Below, one piece after another: positions 11,820 to 30,886 of a stretch of 64,000 nucleotides of DNA. Location of the stretch: positions 8,308,001-8,372,000 of the forward strand of contig CM120649.1 in the NCBI GenBank assembly GCA_051362555.1, in the 5' to 3' direction. The notes under the pieces were generated by a model. That model saw nothing but the letters and a program-made list of their open reading frames with translations. It ran no database searches and was not told the origin of the DNA. The translations under genes were made by a program, and so were the position numbers. Source of the stretch: Lingula anatina. Its lineage: Eukaryota > Animalia > Brachiopoda. The stretch's first letter is position 1. Every line of letters begins with the position of its first letter.

Positions 11820-14800
11820 AAAGTAATTGCCATATTTAACAGACTATCCCCTCAAACTTAAATAACTGAAGTTTGTCTCTAAAATAAAACGAAATACTTT
11901 TGACTACTTAAGTACTGCTGAGTCCATCCAACTACCCAGGAGATGTTAAACTTTCTTAGAAGGCTGTAAATACCACAAATCAAATTGGGCTATGTTGTAT
12001 TATCAACATAAGACGTGTTTCTTACATGTATACTTAGTGTAGAGAGTCGTTAATCTGAAAATGCAGTGGATAAGAACATTTAAAATAATCAAGCGGCATC
12101 ATTGCAAAATAAAAAGAAAAAAACATCGATATTTTGGATTTTTACTGGGAGATTTCCGTCCAAATGAAAGTAATACAATTATATTTCAATCGCACCCGAA
12201 AAACATTTCAAGTATTTAATTTCATTATTTTATTAAAATTTGGCAATTCTGAGACAAAGTCATCATTTTGTTTTGGATGACATTTTTACTTTAACTGTGT
12301 TGCAATAAAATTAGTTTTGCACTCGTTTAAAAGTAAGGTCCACTCACACTACCATTAATTAGACTGTCAGAAGCCATATCCTCAAGACTCCAGGCAGTGT
12401 ATCCTCTGTACAAGACTCCAGGCAGTGCGACCATGCAGTCATACTGGCAAGGTACAGAACAACTCGTATGGCACTGGCAACCCGGCATAGACGCTAGACG
12501 CATAAAATGGCGACAAGTTGCTTGACTCAGTTCAAATTTACAACCCAGAACAGCAATGACAGAACTCGCGTGTACAGACGAGTCCAGATAGACGTGACCT
12601 GAGCGAGCTCATCAAGTGTGGCGGTGGTAGTGTAATGATACGTGGTGGGTTTTCATTACACCAACGCATTCCCCTTTAATGTTTATCTCACCAGATTCTT
12701 CTACAGTAATGAGATCCTGCCATTCCTCCGACAGATATGTCAGGGAGCCATTCTACAATTTGACAACGCACGTCTTCACCGTCCTCAAAAGTTGCCAGTG
12801 ATTTTGCAGAGGAACGTCCGCAGAATGGACTGATCACCCTATTCGCCCGATATGGACCCTTATGGGACCACTCAGTGCTATGATTTCAGCAAAATAACTC
12901 CGAACCGTAGATCTCAATAAGCTAGCTAGCTCAAGAAGGGAATTCGATTCCATGGCAGTAGCTCCAGACATTCACTACTCAATTGAGAGGCGTTGTGAAG
13001 CAAGTGTGGTTTCCAAAGGCGGACACACATGATTCTGAAAAGACTTTAAAGTTCTAAATTTAATTTTTGACCCTCTTTAATTTTACACCCATTAGCATAA
13101 TCGAGTTTATACTGTTGATTCGCCTTCAATTCCATATTTTTCCTCCCGCTCTTGGTATTCCGTTCAACTCTCCGATAGGGGTCTCTGTTGGCTGTTACAA
13201 ACGTAAAGGAGTGTTTTATTCAGTTTTGCGAAAAGCTACCGAGACTCCTTCCGGAGGAAACCTTATCCACTATTCTGTGTGGACACTGATGCAGAATACT
13301 CCAAAATTGCTAATATTTATCGCTTTGTGTTTTTATTAGTCTGTCGGACATAAACTGTGCAAGACTTGCGTTCCACTGGGATACATGCCCTAGCCGCGAA
13401 TTATCAAGGTTCGGGTAGGTCATTGCCTCCTGGGATACGCATGCGCCGAGAAATATTTCCCAGGGACCTGATAACATGCATTGCTTTCATACTGGAGCAA
13501 ATATGTAGTGCCAATAAATCACGAGTACATATATTATTGTGTTGAAAACATAGATGTTTTCTTTTCAGCAGAACTGAATTAATGGGTTTATGTTTTCTGC
13601 TATGGACGCCCTCTTGTATTACAAGGTGAATGGGCGTGTTATTGTAGATCCAAAATTCATGATATTCCCTTTGGAGTGACACTTTGAAAAAATAAATCGT
13701 TGATTAATTCAACACCAAAGGTGTAAACCAGTGACACCTTGAGATAGATTAATTCCCTTTTAAACGAGCAATAAATCATCTCAAAAGTCAAGTGTAAGGG
13801 GACACTCTTTCATGCATTGCGTAAATAATATTACTTGTGCGGTATCAACTTGAATCACCCGATTTATACTGCCTCCTCTCAATGACACGTTTGCCCTTTC
13901 CAAACACTGATTTGTGGTCTTCGCACTCATCCATTGTTACATTATTTATTCAATGGAAATTTAATAAAAGGCAGATTAATATATGCTTGATGGAGTGAAG
14001 GTTGACTGATAACTAATCACTATCTCGTCTTAAGGTGACCGTTACGTTAATGCAATGCGCTTTCACGTGAGAAAAATAAAGTAGTTGTTTACTATTCATC
14101 TCATTGTAGCGTACTGTGGCGAACCACCCCAAGTCCTGTTTGCATATCGAGTAGCCTCAGCAAAGAATTACAGCGAAGGCGAGAGAATCCGCTATAGTTG
14201 TAAAAAAGGTTGGTTCATGAAATTTAAAATGCGGGAAATGATGTATGTCATGTTTGGTGAATACAGGACTATAGACAATCGGGTTTTATCTTTAATGTGT
14301 TTGCGGATACTTGGAATCGATTGTGCATAATACAGGCTGGATAAGACAAGGAGAATGACTGTTAACATGTATGGTTTAAAATATAACTGTTTAAAAAAAC
14401 ATCCTTCTTTGTTGCCGGCGATTTCTAAGGGAATCATGTCAAAATACTTTTCACAATGCTATGGGAATTGGGCATATTTGCGTAACCACGGTGATATTTT
14501 TAACTATAAAGATATATTTTTTCCATGTTGTTTTTTTTTTAATTATTTTAGTCTACATATCTATAATATAAAAAACAAAATGGTGATTTTTTTCGTGCCT
14601 TCTAGGATATCAGCATGTTGCCGGATCTTCATACAAATTCTGTCACACGGGAGTATGGGTTGGGCATAACATTATATGTGAACGTAAGTAGAAAATAAAT
14701 GATTTACTTAAAAATCATCGCACAATGTCAAGGGTTGTAATGTTTGGATTAATTTTCCCTTACTGCGGTAACTATATATATATATCTTATTCTTATTTTC

Positions 14801-16761
14801 ATCACCATTTATTTGTGCAAACAAGTGCGTTTTCTTATTTATCAAAACATCTACAGAATATTATTATTGGACACTTATGAAGATTTTTTTTTTTGTGATG
14901 CGCATTTTTTGCAAGATCTCGCATAATTTCGTTTTTGTAGATTCGTTATTTAATGCGTTTGTATGACTGAATAGTATTCATTATTCAGAGTATCTCCAGA
15001 ACGTACTTATGCAGGTATCTCAATGAGCACTGCAGAATGCGGGTTAACATTGGCGGGTTTATTTTTGTACTCTTTCTATAGAAATAACACCATTAGCGGT
15101 CATTTTGGACCCCAGGGCTTTGGTTGACTACAAACGCCAATGTTGTATCTACGGGTGGCATTCACGCGGCGCAAACCAGTCGTGTGCGTCCTTGGTAATA
15201 TCGATGTGCGAGCCGTGCAAATCTGCCTTCCTGGAGTGTTGTGCGTACCAAGACGGGACCAAATACGACCTGCAGCACAGTAAGAAACCATGATGGTGCC
15301 ATTTATCTATTTAGAATTAGACAAGAATATCAAGCGACCATAAGCAGCAACGATATAGTTGTGCTTTTTGAATGCCATTGTGTCCAAAGTTTCGGGAGTC
15401 GAGTTTTCACTCTATATCGTTATACATTATATTTGTATACTTTTTATTGACTGTTTGAAGCGTTATCTAGAGAGTAAAGCATTTCGTATATTATATTATA
15501 TTATATTATATTATATTATATTATATTATATTATATTATATTATATTATATTATATTATATTATATTATATTACAGTGCACTGTGCTCACCCCCCAAAGG
15601 TGGCGCACGCTTACGTGTCGGCCCCAGATAAGTTTTATGAACATGGAGAGAAAGTTCACTACGCTTGTTTAAAAGGTATTTTCAAATGTGGCACTTAATA
15701 TTAAAAAGCAACAAAAAAGGCATAGATAAGATAAAAGGTACAAATATAGGATCTGATTTTTGACAGTAGCAATAGTATTGAACAGTATTAAATAGTATTA
15801 TGTAACTACATTCTCACACAGCAAATGTTCATACAAAGCCTTCCAAATGTCTTTTAACGTGTTCAAGTTACAAGAGATCTACAGCGAACGTCAAGTCTTC
15901 TTTCCAGAGACGAAAACGTATCTACACCGTTCCTTTTCTTTTCAAGGCTATCAGCAGACCTCCAACTCTGCATACAAAGTTTGTGAAAATGGAACATGGG
16001 CGGGACAAGACATCGTTTGCGAAAGTAGGTTATCATATAAATGCATATCATTCATTTTTTTCTGACAATTCCTTTTTTTGTGTGTGACTACCCCATATTT
16101 TTAACGTGCAATTGTTATAACGCACATTACGAGCTTAAAATATAATTGTAATTATAATTGAATTGAATAACGTAATGATTTAAAATGAAATCAAAACAAA
16201 GTTTTCAGTATTTGAATGCACATTCACTGAGAATAAAAATGGAGTCATTTGACTCTCTAGTCAGAGTCCGGCACCCCTTGACACTCATGGAGTTAATCTG
16301 ACCCCTATATAAGGGTCAAATTACCCCACTACCAGAGTCTTTAGACTCACTTATCAGAGTCAATCACCCCTGGCTCTCATGGAGTCAATTTGACTCTAAA
16401 ATCAGAGTCAAATTACCGGGGGCCAGTGTCTGACTGACCCCTTTCACCGACTCTCTTCACTCGCTGGACAGTAAGCCGCGTTTCAGTACTTGAGATGGCA
16501 GTGAGAAGACGGCGTGGAGAGAACAGTTTTCATCATCCTTTGTCAGTATAAACATTACTTTATTGGCCATAGTTGGTTTTTTGCATGAACAAGTGGTTTT
16601 CTGTGTGTTTCTACATGCAGAACTCGTGCACTTATTACTGGCCCTGGCTTTCAGTTGTCCACACCCTTTATGTGATACGTTGGTATTCAGGTCAGCAGGT
16701 TTTGTTACCAGGTTGTAGGTTTGACCCGCCAATGCACTGGGGGAGGTATGCTCACTCATTG

Positions 16762-16834
<73 letters not shown>

Positions 16835-18045
16835 ATGCTGTTTATTACCAGATTTACAAACTGTTTATTATTGCTAACGCAACTTCACATGCGATCGGAT
16901 GGCCTTGTGGTTAAAGTGTTATATGATGAATGATACCTGCTGTGGTCCCTCTTGGCACTCTTCCACTTAACTTTTTTCATAATGTGCCAAAAATCCCTTT
17001 ATATGGGGTCATGGTGACTCTTTTGTAGAGATAAATCAAGGGATTAAGGGATGTCTGAATGGAGTCAATTGTGACCCTCCTGTGGGGTCTGGGATGGCGT
17101 TACTCCATCGGAGTCAACTTGACTCCAATTGGGAGTTATTTAAGGCACCACTGCTGGACTCCAAGTTTGGAGTCACTTGGACTCCGATTTTATTCTCAGT
17201 GTTTCTTTTTAATAGGAAGTTCAAGCAGCATGGAATTCAGACAGTAAATGTACAAACTAATAAATATATTTTTCCTTCAAAACACACTAGTGGTCCAGGT
17301 ATAAATTCCGTGATACGCCCATTTAAATGGAAATCTGCTCTGCTTTTCCCAGTGATATTTGTATAAAAATTTTAAAAATGCATGTTCAAGTTGCCCTCTC
17401 TCATGAACAAGATGGACGTGGAATTTATTATTTTGTTAATTTCTTTGATTTCCGCCAAGCTCTATTAGATACTTAGATAGAAATATCTAGGGCAGCCATT
17501 TTTATATCTGTGCATTTTACAACCAGCTGTATATCATGTTAGGGTAACTTTGGCAAAATCCCCATACATTCAATGTAACAAAAGTGACGTATTTTGAGAC
17601 ACTACATCTCGAAAACGCCATGGGCTACAACCAAGGCAAAATATCATTCCATTTATACCTGTATATTACATTGTTTTAACTCATACTGATACGCTCTCTA
17701 TATTTAGGCATACATTTTTTATTTAAGTTGCTAGGACGGACATTCTGTATTTGGAATTGGATACAGACTATATTTAGTAAATCTCTCGATCAACTCTCTT
17801 TTTGTGCTGTTTCCTACACAGAGATTCTCCTGCCTGAAAAACCGGACGTGCATCCAGATGTACTGAAGGATTACATTCGGCAATGCTGTCTAACAGGGTT
17901 GAGAGTCGAGACCGGAAGTGAAAGCTGCGAGGAACTGTCTGTGGACATGTGCGAGCCCTGCAAGACCCCGTTCCTGAAGTGTTGCTTTGATAAAACCATC
18001 ACAATAGATGACCCAAGTCTTTACACCGGAATTGAAGAAAACTAA
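11440..18045 (+). CDS. Secreted protein SP-Sushi(CCP)-anaphylatoxin-like-Sushi-anaphylatoxin-like, 286 aa; exons 11440-11524, 14110-14208, 14606-14683, 15082-15279, 15577-15675, 15947-16024, 17822-18045
   Basis: Signal peptide MGAVHLILAALLFVLTFCQTAA; all six introns GT-AG and phase 1, total 861 nt. CCP1 CGEPP..YSCKKGY..C..G.W..IC; CCP2 CAHPP..YACLKGY..C.NG.W..VC; ANATO-like CCIYG..C..CEPCKSAFLECC and CCLTG..C..CEPCKTPFLKCC. Confidence 0.85.
11761..11814. repeat. (AT)n microsatellite
   Basis: Pure dinucleotide run. Confidence 0.95.
12330..13035 (+). mobile_element. Degenerate Tc1/mariner transposase relic in intron 1 of the Sushi-ANATO gene
   Basis: Fragmented motifs in order: GGGSVMIRGGF (cf. 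GGGSVMVWG), LQFDNARLH (cf. QQDNARPH), SPYSPDMDP (cf. SPDLNPIE), RRCEASVVSKGGHT (cf. RRC.AVI...GGHT); stops and frameshifts. Confidence 0.8.
15487..15573. repeat. (TATAT)n pentanucleotide microsatellite abutting a splice acceptor
   Basis: About 17 units ending immediately before CAG at 15574-15576. Confidence 0.95.
16225..17201. mobile_element. Non-autonomous CACTA/EnSpm-like TIR element (977 bp)
   Basis: TIRs CACTGAGAATAAAA...GGAGTC / GACTCC...TTTTATTCTCAGTG, TT on both flanks, many subterminal GAGTC/GACTC repeats; internal (TA)n at about 16764-16830. Confidence 0.75.
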
Positions 18046-19354
18046 TAGTATACATTTTATATTATATGTTTATTTATTTTTATTTGTTTATTTTATTTAT
18101 CATTATTATTATCATTATATCACAAGAAATATGCTACGATTTTTAAATCTGACTTACTCGGTTACGACCCTTGTCCAAACGGTTGAGTCTTCTCTTCTAA
18201 TTCAACTGTGAACTCTATAAAGACATTACAGAAGATCTTTTTAACTTAACAATTTTTAAGAGCATTCTAATGCATTTAATGATACTGAAAAGTTTATATT
18301 TCTCATGCAAAATGACCAGATATAATTTAGGTTAGTATAAAAATACAAGCAATGATGTCAAAGTCTTGTATAAAACATTCTTTTTTACTTGTTTAAATGA
18401 TCAGTAAATTATTTTTAAAACTTATGAATTTTAAATGTACTTTCACACGTTTTAGTCTCTCATAACCCTTAGTAGGGTGGGTTTTATTTTTTAACGTGAG
18501 ACGTTAATAATATCATAATAATTATTATCACTGATTGATAATAATGGCAAAGCTCCGTCTCTGTGCCTTGCTATTCTGAGTTGCGGAGTCTGTCAGTGAC
18601 TCTTTATTCTGATTATGATTACTATAATTATTATAACGATAATAATAAATTGACAGTAGCTATTGTAATTGAATTATACGAAGTTCTGTATTTCACGTGA
18701 CTCTCTTCTGAAAAAAAAAATTGATCCACTTACGTATACACAAGGCGGGGCTGAGAGCGCATATATCACTGCTGCAAAAACCTTCACAGGCTGCAGGGAC
18801 TGTGATAAATGAGATTAAATGCATGGATTTAGAAATTTAAAATACACGAATGAATTAAGCATGTATGAGCAGATAAATAAATTGTTGTCTAGATATTTAT
18901 GAGGAGTTATAATAACTGGAGATATGATTATTCCTTATACATGTATACTCTAACAAAATGTGTTAAAACTATTCTCTTTTCGAATACGTCTTACTCCAAA
19001 TGACAACACCGATATTTCTCTTCGGACTTTTTCTGGAAACGATGAAAATTGCAGGATTCAAAGCATCGCGACCAGACGTAGCGACGTTGGGCTAGTTATG
19101 AAGTTTTCACCCAGTAGCTGGATAATGGGTTATTGTCTCAATGGCTTTGGAGAGACAATTTCTTTGTAATAAAATTGATATTGCTAAAATATTCAGAAGA
19201 ATTATTATCATCATCATTATTTTATTCTTTATTTTATTTTTGTTTTTATTTTTATTCATATTTCCCTTCTTCTCCTTGTTAAAAGGGCAATAAGGGTATT
19301 TTATGCCATATGATATTCTAAAACTGCAAAACAAGGCTTGTCTGGAGTGAAAGT

Positions 19355-19505
19355 TGCGTTCACATGAAAAATCTATCTTCTAAAAATCTAAAAAATCTAT
19401 TTGCGGTACGTTGTGATCACGGTCTGTGCCCTGAATACCCCACGGCGTAATTACTGGCACCGCGAGCCAGTTACTTCCAAAACTGTAATTAATTCTTGGC
19501 GCTGT
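19355..19505. mobile_element. Truncated copy of the palindromic MITE at 47509-47762
   Basis: TGCGTTCACATGAAAAATCTAT...CTGTGCCCTGAATACCCCACGGCGTAATT...GTTACTTCCAAA matches that element in the opposite orientation. Confidence 0.8.
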
Positions 19506-19910
19506 CTCTTTACCTCTATTTTTTTCTTTTCAGCACAAACATGAGTTGGAAAAGGTGCAATTGACCAAATCAGGAAGCCAATTATAACTTGCTCTGGTAA
19601 CGAGGGATTGTCATCATTTTCTGCCAGAGCATTCACCTCAAAATTCTCAAAGCGCTTTGCGGAGAACTGTGGCGAATGCGATAGCTGTGACAGCGTCACC
19701 GCTCGCCGCATTCTCCAGAGAACTCTCAGATGCAATGGACACCATTGGTGCCTCAGACGACACCAAAATCACTGACAACCCAGAGTGGTTCGCTGTGGTT
19801 GTTGTAAAATGATCCTGGCGAGTTAATGTACTTGTTTAATTCAAGAGAATGTCTTACTTATTACATGTAGTTACAATGTAACCACGGAAACCGACCACTA
19901 TATCTCACAC

Positions 19911-20179
19911 TTATTACCTCCGCCAAGGAGGTTATGTTTTCACCCCTGTTTGTTTGTGTTTCTGTCTGTCTGTCATCAACATAACTCAAAAAGTTATGGA
20001 CCCATTTTAGTGAAATTTTCAGGAACTGTCAGAAGTGGGCCAAGGAACAGATGATTAGTTTTTGGTGGTGATCCGGATCAAAAATCAATCAATTATCAAA
20101 AATATCTAAAATTTAGGGGTGAAACGGCATTGGATGGAGACTTTGCTGCCTTGGCGGAGGTCTCTGAATGCTTTTTAGT
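19911..20179 (+). mobile_element. Short Helentron-associated (HINE/DINE-1-like) element
   Basis: Begins TTATTACCTCCGCCAAGG, has a (TCTG/TTTG)n tract, subterminal inverted copy CCTTGGCGGAGGT, ends ...TTTAGT. Confidence 0.75.
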
Positions 20180-20619
20180 AATTGTAAACATCTGAGAAGA
20201 GATGGTGATAAAGTTTGTCCGTCCTGTGAGCAGAGGCGCGTTGGGTAGTGAATTAAATATCAAAAAATGGAAGTTTTTAATCTGAAATTGTTTTTTTTAT
20301 ATTGAAGACACAAAAATATTTTTTTGGTCAAATGAAATGCATTCATGACGTATGGGCATTCCTGTATATTATTCCCGAGCGATATTTCTACATAGTAATA
20401 TGCACTAAATTACATTTAGCATCCTGATCGCATTTCGGACCAAAATATGGTTTCAACTGATCACAGCCAACACTGTGACACTGATGATAAACAGTTATCA
20501 GGAAAAAACAGAAACGTCCGTGGTCTGTTGAGTTCCAGGGATAAGGTGCGGCATTGTGAAAATACTTTAGAATTCAGCAAAATCCGGGGTTAAGGTTCAA
20601 ATCTGTAACTTAACTCCAG

Positions 20620-20640
20620 AATCAAGTATAATTGCGCCCT
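20620..20640 (+). promoter_or_regulatory. TATA-like box AAGTATAATTGCG conserved upstream of all three FReD genes
   Basis: Same motif about 85-95 bp 5' of the ATG in copy A (about 20625), B (about 24937) and C (minus strand, about 37407-37420). Confidence 0.4.
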
Positions 20641-20716
20641 CGTTTAGACTAACGGTTCATCTTGTTACAAACGCCAGACGCGACTAGTACTGTGTGCAGT
20701 AAATTTATCAGGTGCC

Positions 20717-23333
<2,617 letters not shown>

Positions 23334-24019
23334 ATGTGCAAGAGTAACTACGTTTGAAAACAAAACAAGTAGGGCATTTATTTTGGGCAATGTTCTGAGA
23401 AGTCAAAAGTTTGTATACATGTATAAGAATATATTAGATAATTTAAATTATGAAATATCAGAAATAAATGAAGAGAAATATTTCTTAGAAAATGAAGTGA
23501 CTTCGTACAGTATGAACTATGCTGTGTATTGGTAAATCATATTTTCTGTATTTTAAATGGCACAAAGTGACGCTTAGATACATGTACACCCGATATAATA
23601 AGGCAAAGGTCTACTTGTGCAACATTTATGTTGATATGGAAAGAGAACTGAAGTGTGAAACTGTGAACTCTGATTCCAAATACATTACGAATAAATTTTA
23701 GGTTTTGTACACCTTTGATGTGTTTCTATAATTTCACAAATCCAACACAATAATAAGAACACAATAACAGAAACAATATTGAACTGTCAAGCATGTTATT
23801 TGTCTTTACTAAATCTTAAAACCCCGGCTGTAGCTAATAAATACATGTTCATGCTTAGCACAATGTGGTTGAATAAATAAAATGCAAATCGTTCCATAAC
23901 TACAGCAACTGCTTTCTTTTGTGTATGGCGGACAATGGAAACTGAACTAAAAGCCAACTAAACTAAAACTAAAACTTCTTTACAATTTATTATCAGATAT
24001 TTTTTAAAGGTCTATATCT

Positions 24020-24420
24020 TTGTCTATTAGAATGAACATTTGGCGTCGAGAGGTTGTCAGTTTTTGACAGAGAATTCGCCTCAGAATTCGCAGACCGATT
24101 CGTGGACAACGGTGATGAATGCGATAGTTGTGACAGAGTCACCGCTCGCCGCTTTCGTGATGGGTGAGACGTCGTCGCTCTCGATCAGCAGACATGTTTG
24201 GCGACGTAGGAAACATTGAAATCGCTGAAAGTTCATAATGATCCAATGCCCCACCCAAACAACAACAAACAAAAGCACGAGAATCGCAGCTAGAATTCTA
24301 AAATCCTGCCTTACAATGAGGTCTCTATATCATAGGATTTTCAAAGAGCTTCATGGTGAACCTTCTAACAAATGCGATAGTTGTGACAATGTTACCGCTC
24401 GCCGCATTCTTCGGACAACT
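24020..24420 (-). pseudogene. Decayed fragments of the last exon of the vWA membrane gene (related fragment at about 19670-19715)
   Basis: Minus-strand translation IESDDVSPITKAASGDSVTTIAFIT aligns with VESDIASSIGIAASSDAVTTTAFVT at 33680-33755; TGCGATAG.TGTGACA...ACCGCTCGCCGC occurs at about 19677, 24120 and 24373. Confidence 0.65.
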
Positions 24421-25027
24421 CTCAAATGGTCACCCTTTGTGCCTCAGACGATACCAAAATCACTGAAAACTCAGAATGATAAATGCTTGTTTGTCCTGTG
24501 GGCAAAAGCACGTGGGCTTGTGAATAAAATCACAAAAAGGGAATTTTCCTTTCAAAGTGTTAAGTTTTTATTGCACTAATATTTAAAGATAAATATGTGA
24601 GATTAAAGACACTGAAAAAGCTTTTTTGCCAAATGTCAGCATTCATGATGTATGGACATTCCTCCTTATTATTTCCAAGTAATATTTCCTAAATTACAAT
24701 TATGCACTGAATTATCATCCTGATTGCGTTTCGGACCAAAATATGTTTTCAACTGATCATCACAGCCAACAATGTGAGTCTGATTATAAACTGTTACATG
24801 TATATAACATGCTGAAAGCAACATTCCTAACTGTTGAGATTCGGGTTTAAACTGCGGCACTGTCACAATATTTTCGAGTTAATTATGAGCAAAATCCGGG
24901 TTTAAGGTTCAGTCCTGGAACAAAACTCCATAATTAAGTATAATTGCGTCCTCGCTCAGACTAACGGTTCATTCTACCGGTACAAGTGCCAGACGCTACT
25001 AGTCCTGCGTGCAGGAAATCGTGTACC

Positions 25028-28744
<3,717 letters not shown>

Positions 28745-30886
28745 ATGTGCTAGAGTAATTATGTTGAAAAAACAAGAAAATTTAGGACTCCCCCCATTTA
28801 GCAATATACCAAGACTTAGAAAAATTGCATAGGGTGTACTAAATGTGTCTGAATGTAATGAAGTGAGGTAGGTCAGGCTAGAATGTGTAAAATTATGTTT
28901 ATAGTTATGCAATGATGATTTATCTTCAATATTTTCATGCAATTTTGCTTCATCATCCTTACATCGTATCTGTCGAAAGAGACCTACAAAGAAAACATTT
29001 CAATTTGAAACGAGGAAATTTATATCTTAATTGGTTTCATGTATATTGTCACTTCGCTGCAGAATAAATTGTCAAACAACTGATGCTGTTTGATCATTTG
29101 ATTTGATTTTTGGCAGAAAATATATCTATTAAATTGATATTTTTCTCCTCCTCTTGCAAGAAACAACCTCTCATTGCCGTGTGTTTGTACCAAAACTGTT
29201 ATCGTTTTTAACTCACGATGCAACTTATTGACCACATTTGTCATACTTATGTCAACACGATTGAGCGACGACTTGATCTTATTGACCGAAATGTACACAA
29301 CAGGGAGATATATATATCTTATACCGGTATAATGTCCGAATCGTCCGATAAGCGGACGCGAATTCATCGTGACACATATCTGATAATTAAATTTGTTTCA
29401 AGTCGTTTGGGGCCGATATTAGTTTGAACAGTACGTAGGCGTTATGATCCCTTTTATTCTCTTAAAGATATGTTATTGTGAATATAAGTTTTTTCCTCCT
29501 AATACCATAACATTGAGTTGTGTTCTTAGATTTTTCTAAATCTGTTTCGGTTTATTTGAATTTTATATATTTTTCTTGTACGGAAGCCGCTATCTCCAAG
29601 TTAGTCCTGCAAGTACTGCTACATGTAAAAGCAGTTAGGGTGAAATAGGTCGAGGATTGAGGGCTATATAATCACGTGTCCCATTTTCTATTAAGATGCC
29701 AGCAGATGTCCAAGTTCCATTTATACCATTTGTTGCCGCGACAGTTTACAAGCAGTTGGTGGCTGTAAGAGATTGATAAGACCCTGTAGTTATTGATATA
29801 CGTCCTCAAACTTAAAGATGAGAAAGACCACGAAGCAGGGGTTCTTTTCACTTGCATTATATATATGTACTTTGTTAGGATATGGTCCGATAGGTAAGTC
29901 GCAGTAAAATAATATAATGGTGAGATATTTTAGGTGGCAGTACATGTAACTGATATACGTAGTTTGAATTAAGAAGAGAAGGATCATAGACGCACTTTTC
30001 AATTACAGCAGCCATGAGAACATGTTCCAGACAAAAGTAGGGGGTAGTTTATTTACTTGTTCTTGAGTATTGCAGACAAATGGAACTTCTTCAATCATGT
30101 TCGAACTGTATATGAGCCTTGGCTTCAGGATCCACCGCGTTTCACAGGTACAAAATTTCCCAATTTTTCCTTATCATTTCCCTTATGGAAGACAAGAATT
30201 CTGGGATAATAATTTGACATTTTTCTTGTTTTTAATTTTTATTAAGATTTTACAGGCAATAACATATAAACAACCGCTGTTTGGTATGGTCACAAATCGG
30301 GAAAGAAAAAAATTGACCCAAAAAAAAAAAACAGATTAGATTTTCCCTGATTTGAGGACCTTTTCTTAAATTCCCTGAAGCCATATTTCAGGTTTTCTTT
30401 TGTTTCCCTGCCACTTATATAGAAAGCCATTAATGTACTTCCAGTTCACACCCCCCCCTCCACCTTTTTATATATCATGTTATATTTGTGTGAATATTCC
30501 AAACTTAAAACTCTTGGAATGAGAGAAGAAGGGAAGAGGTAACTGCATGTTTTTGTATCTCATGGATGTCTCCATGCAAAAGAAAAAAGACATATTTGGA
30601 GCTTCAGAGGATCACGTGGTGCCAAGCCACTAACATTTTGGTTCGACTTTTTCCTCTAAAAAATAATGTTTGTACGATGGTATTTTCAGAGACAGCGGTG
30701 GCGAGTGGAAATGGTGCGGAAGGTAAATCATATTATTTTTTGTTAAGTGCGTCTCACTACGTCTACACTATAGATCTAGTGTTTTGATTTATCTATAAAA
30801 TTAATGAATACGGAAAATGAAATAAAATTAGTCTTTACTTAGAGACTAAAAGCATCATAAGACATTTTGGCCCATCACCTATGGAT

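Noticed and set aside
15947-18045. Mutually exclusive alternative 3' end as the main model for the Sushi-ANATO gene
   Set aside because: A second CCP first-half exon (15577-15675) and a donor at 15280 support a single tandem protein; alternative forms remain only possible.
29200-29900. Signal-peptide exon for the vWA gene
   Set aside because: No ATG with a convincing hydrophobic leader and phase-1 donor found; 5' end left unresolved.
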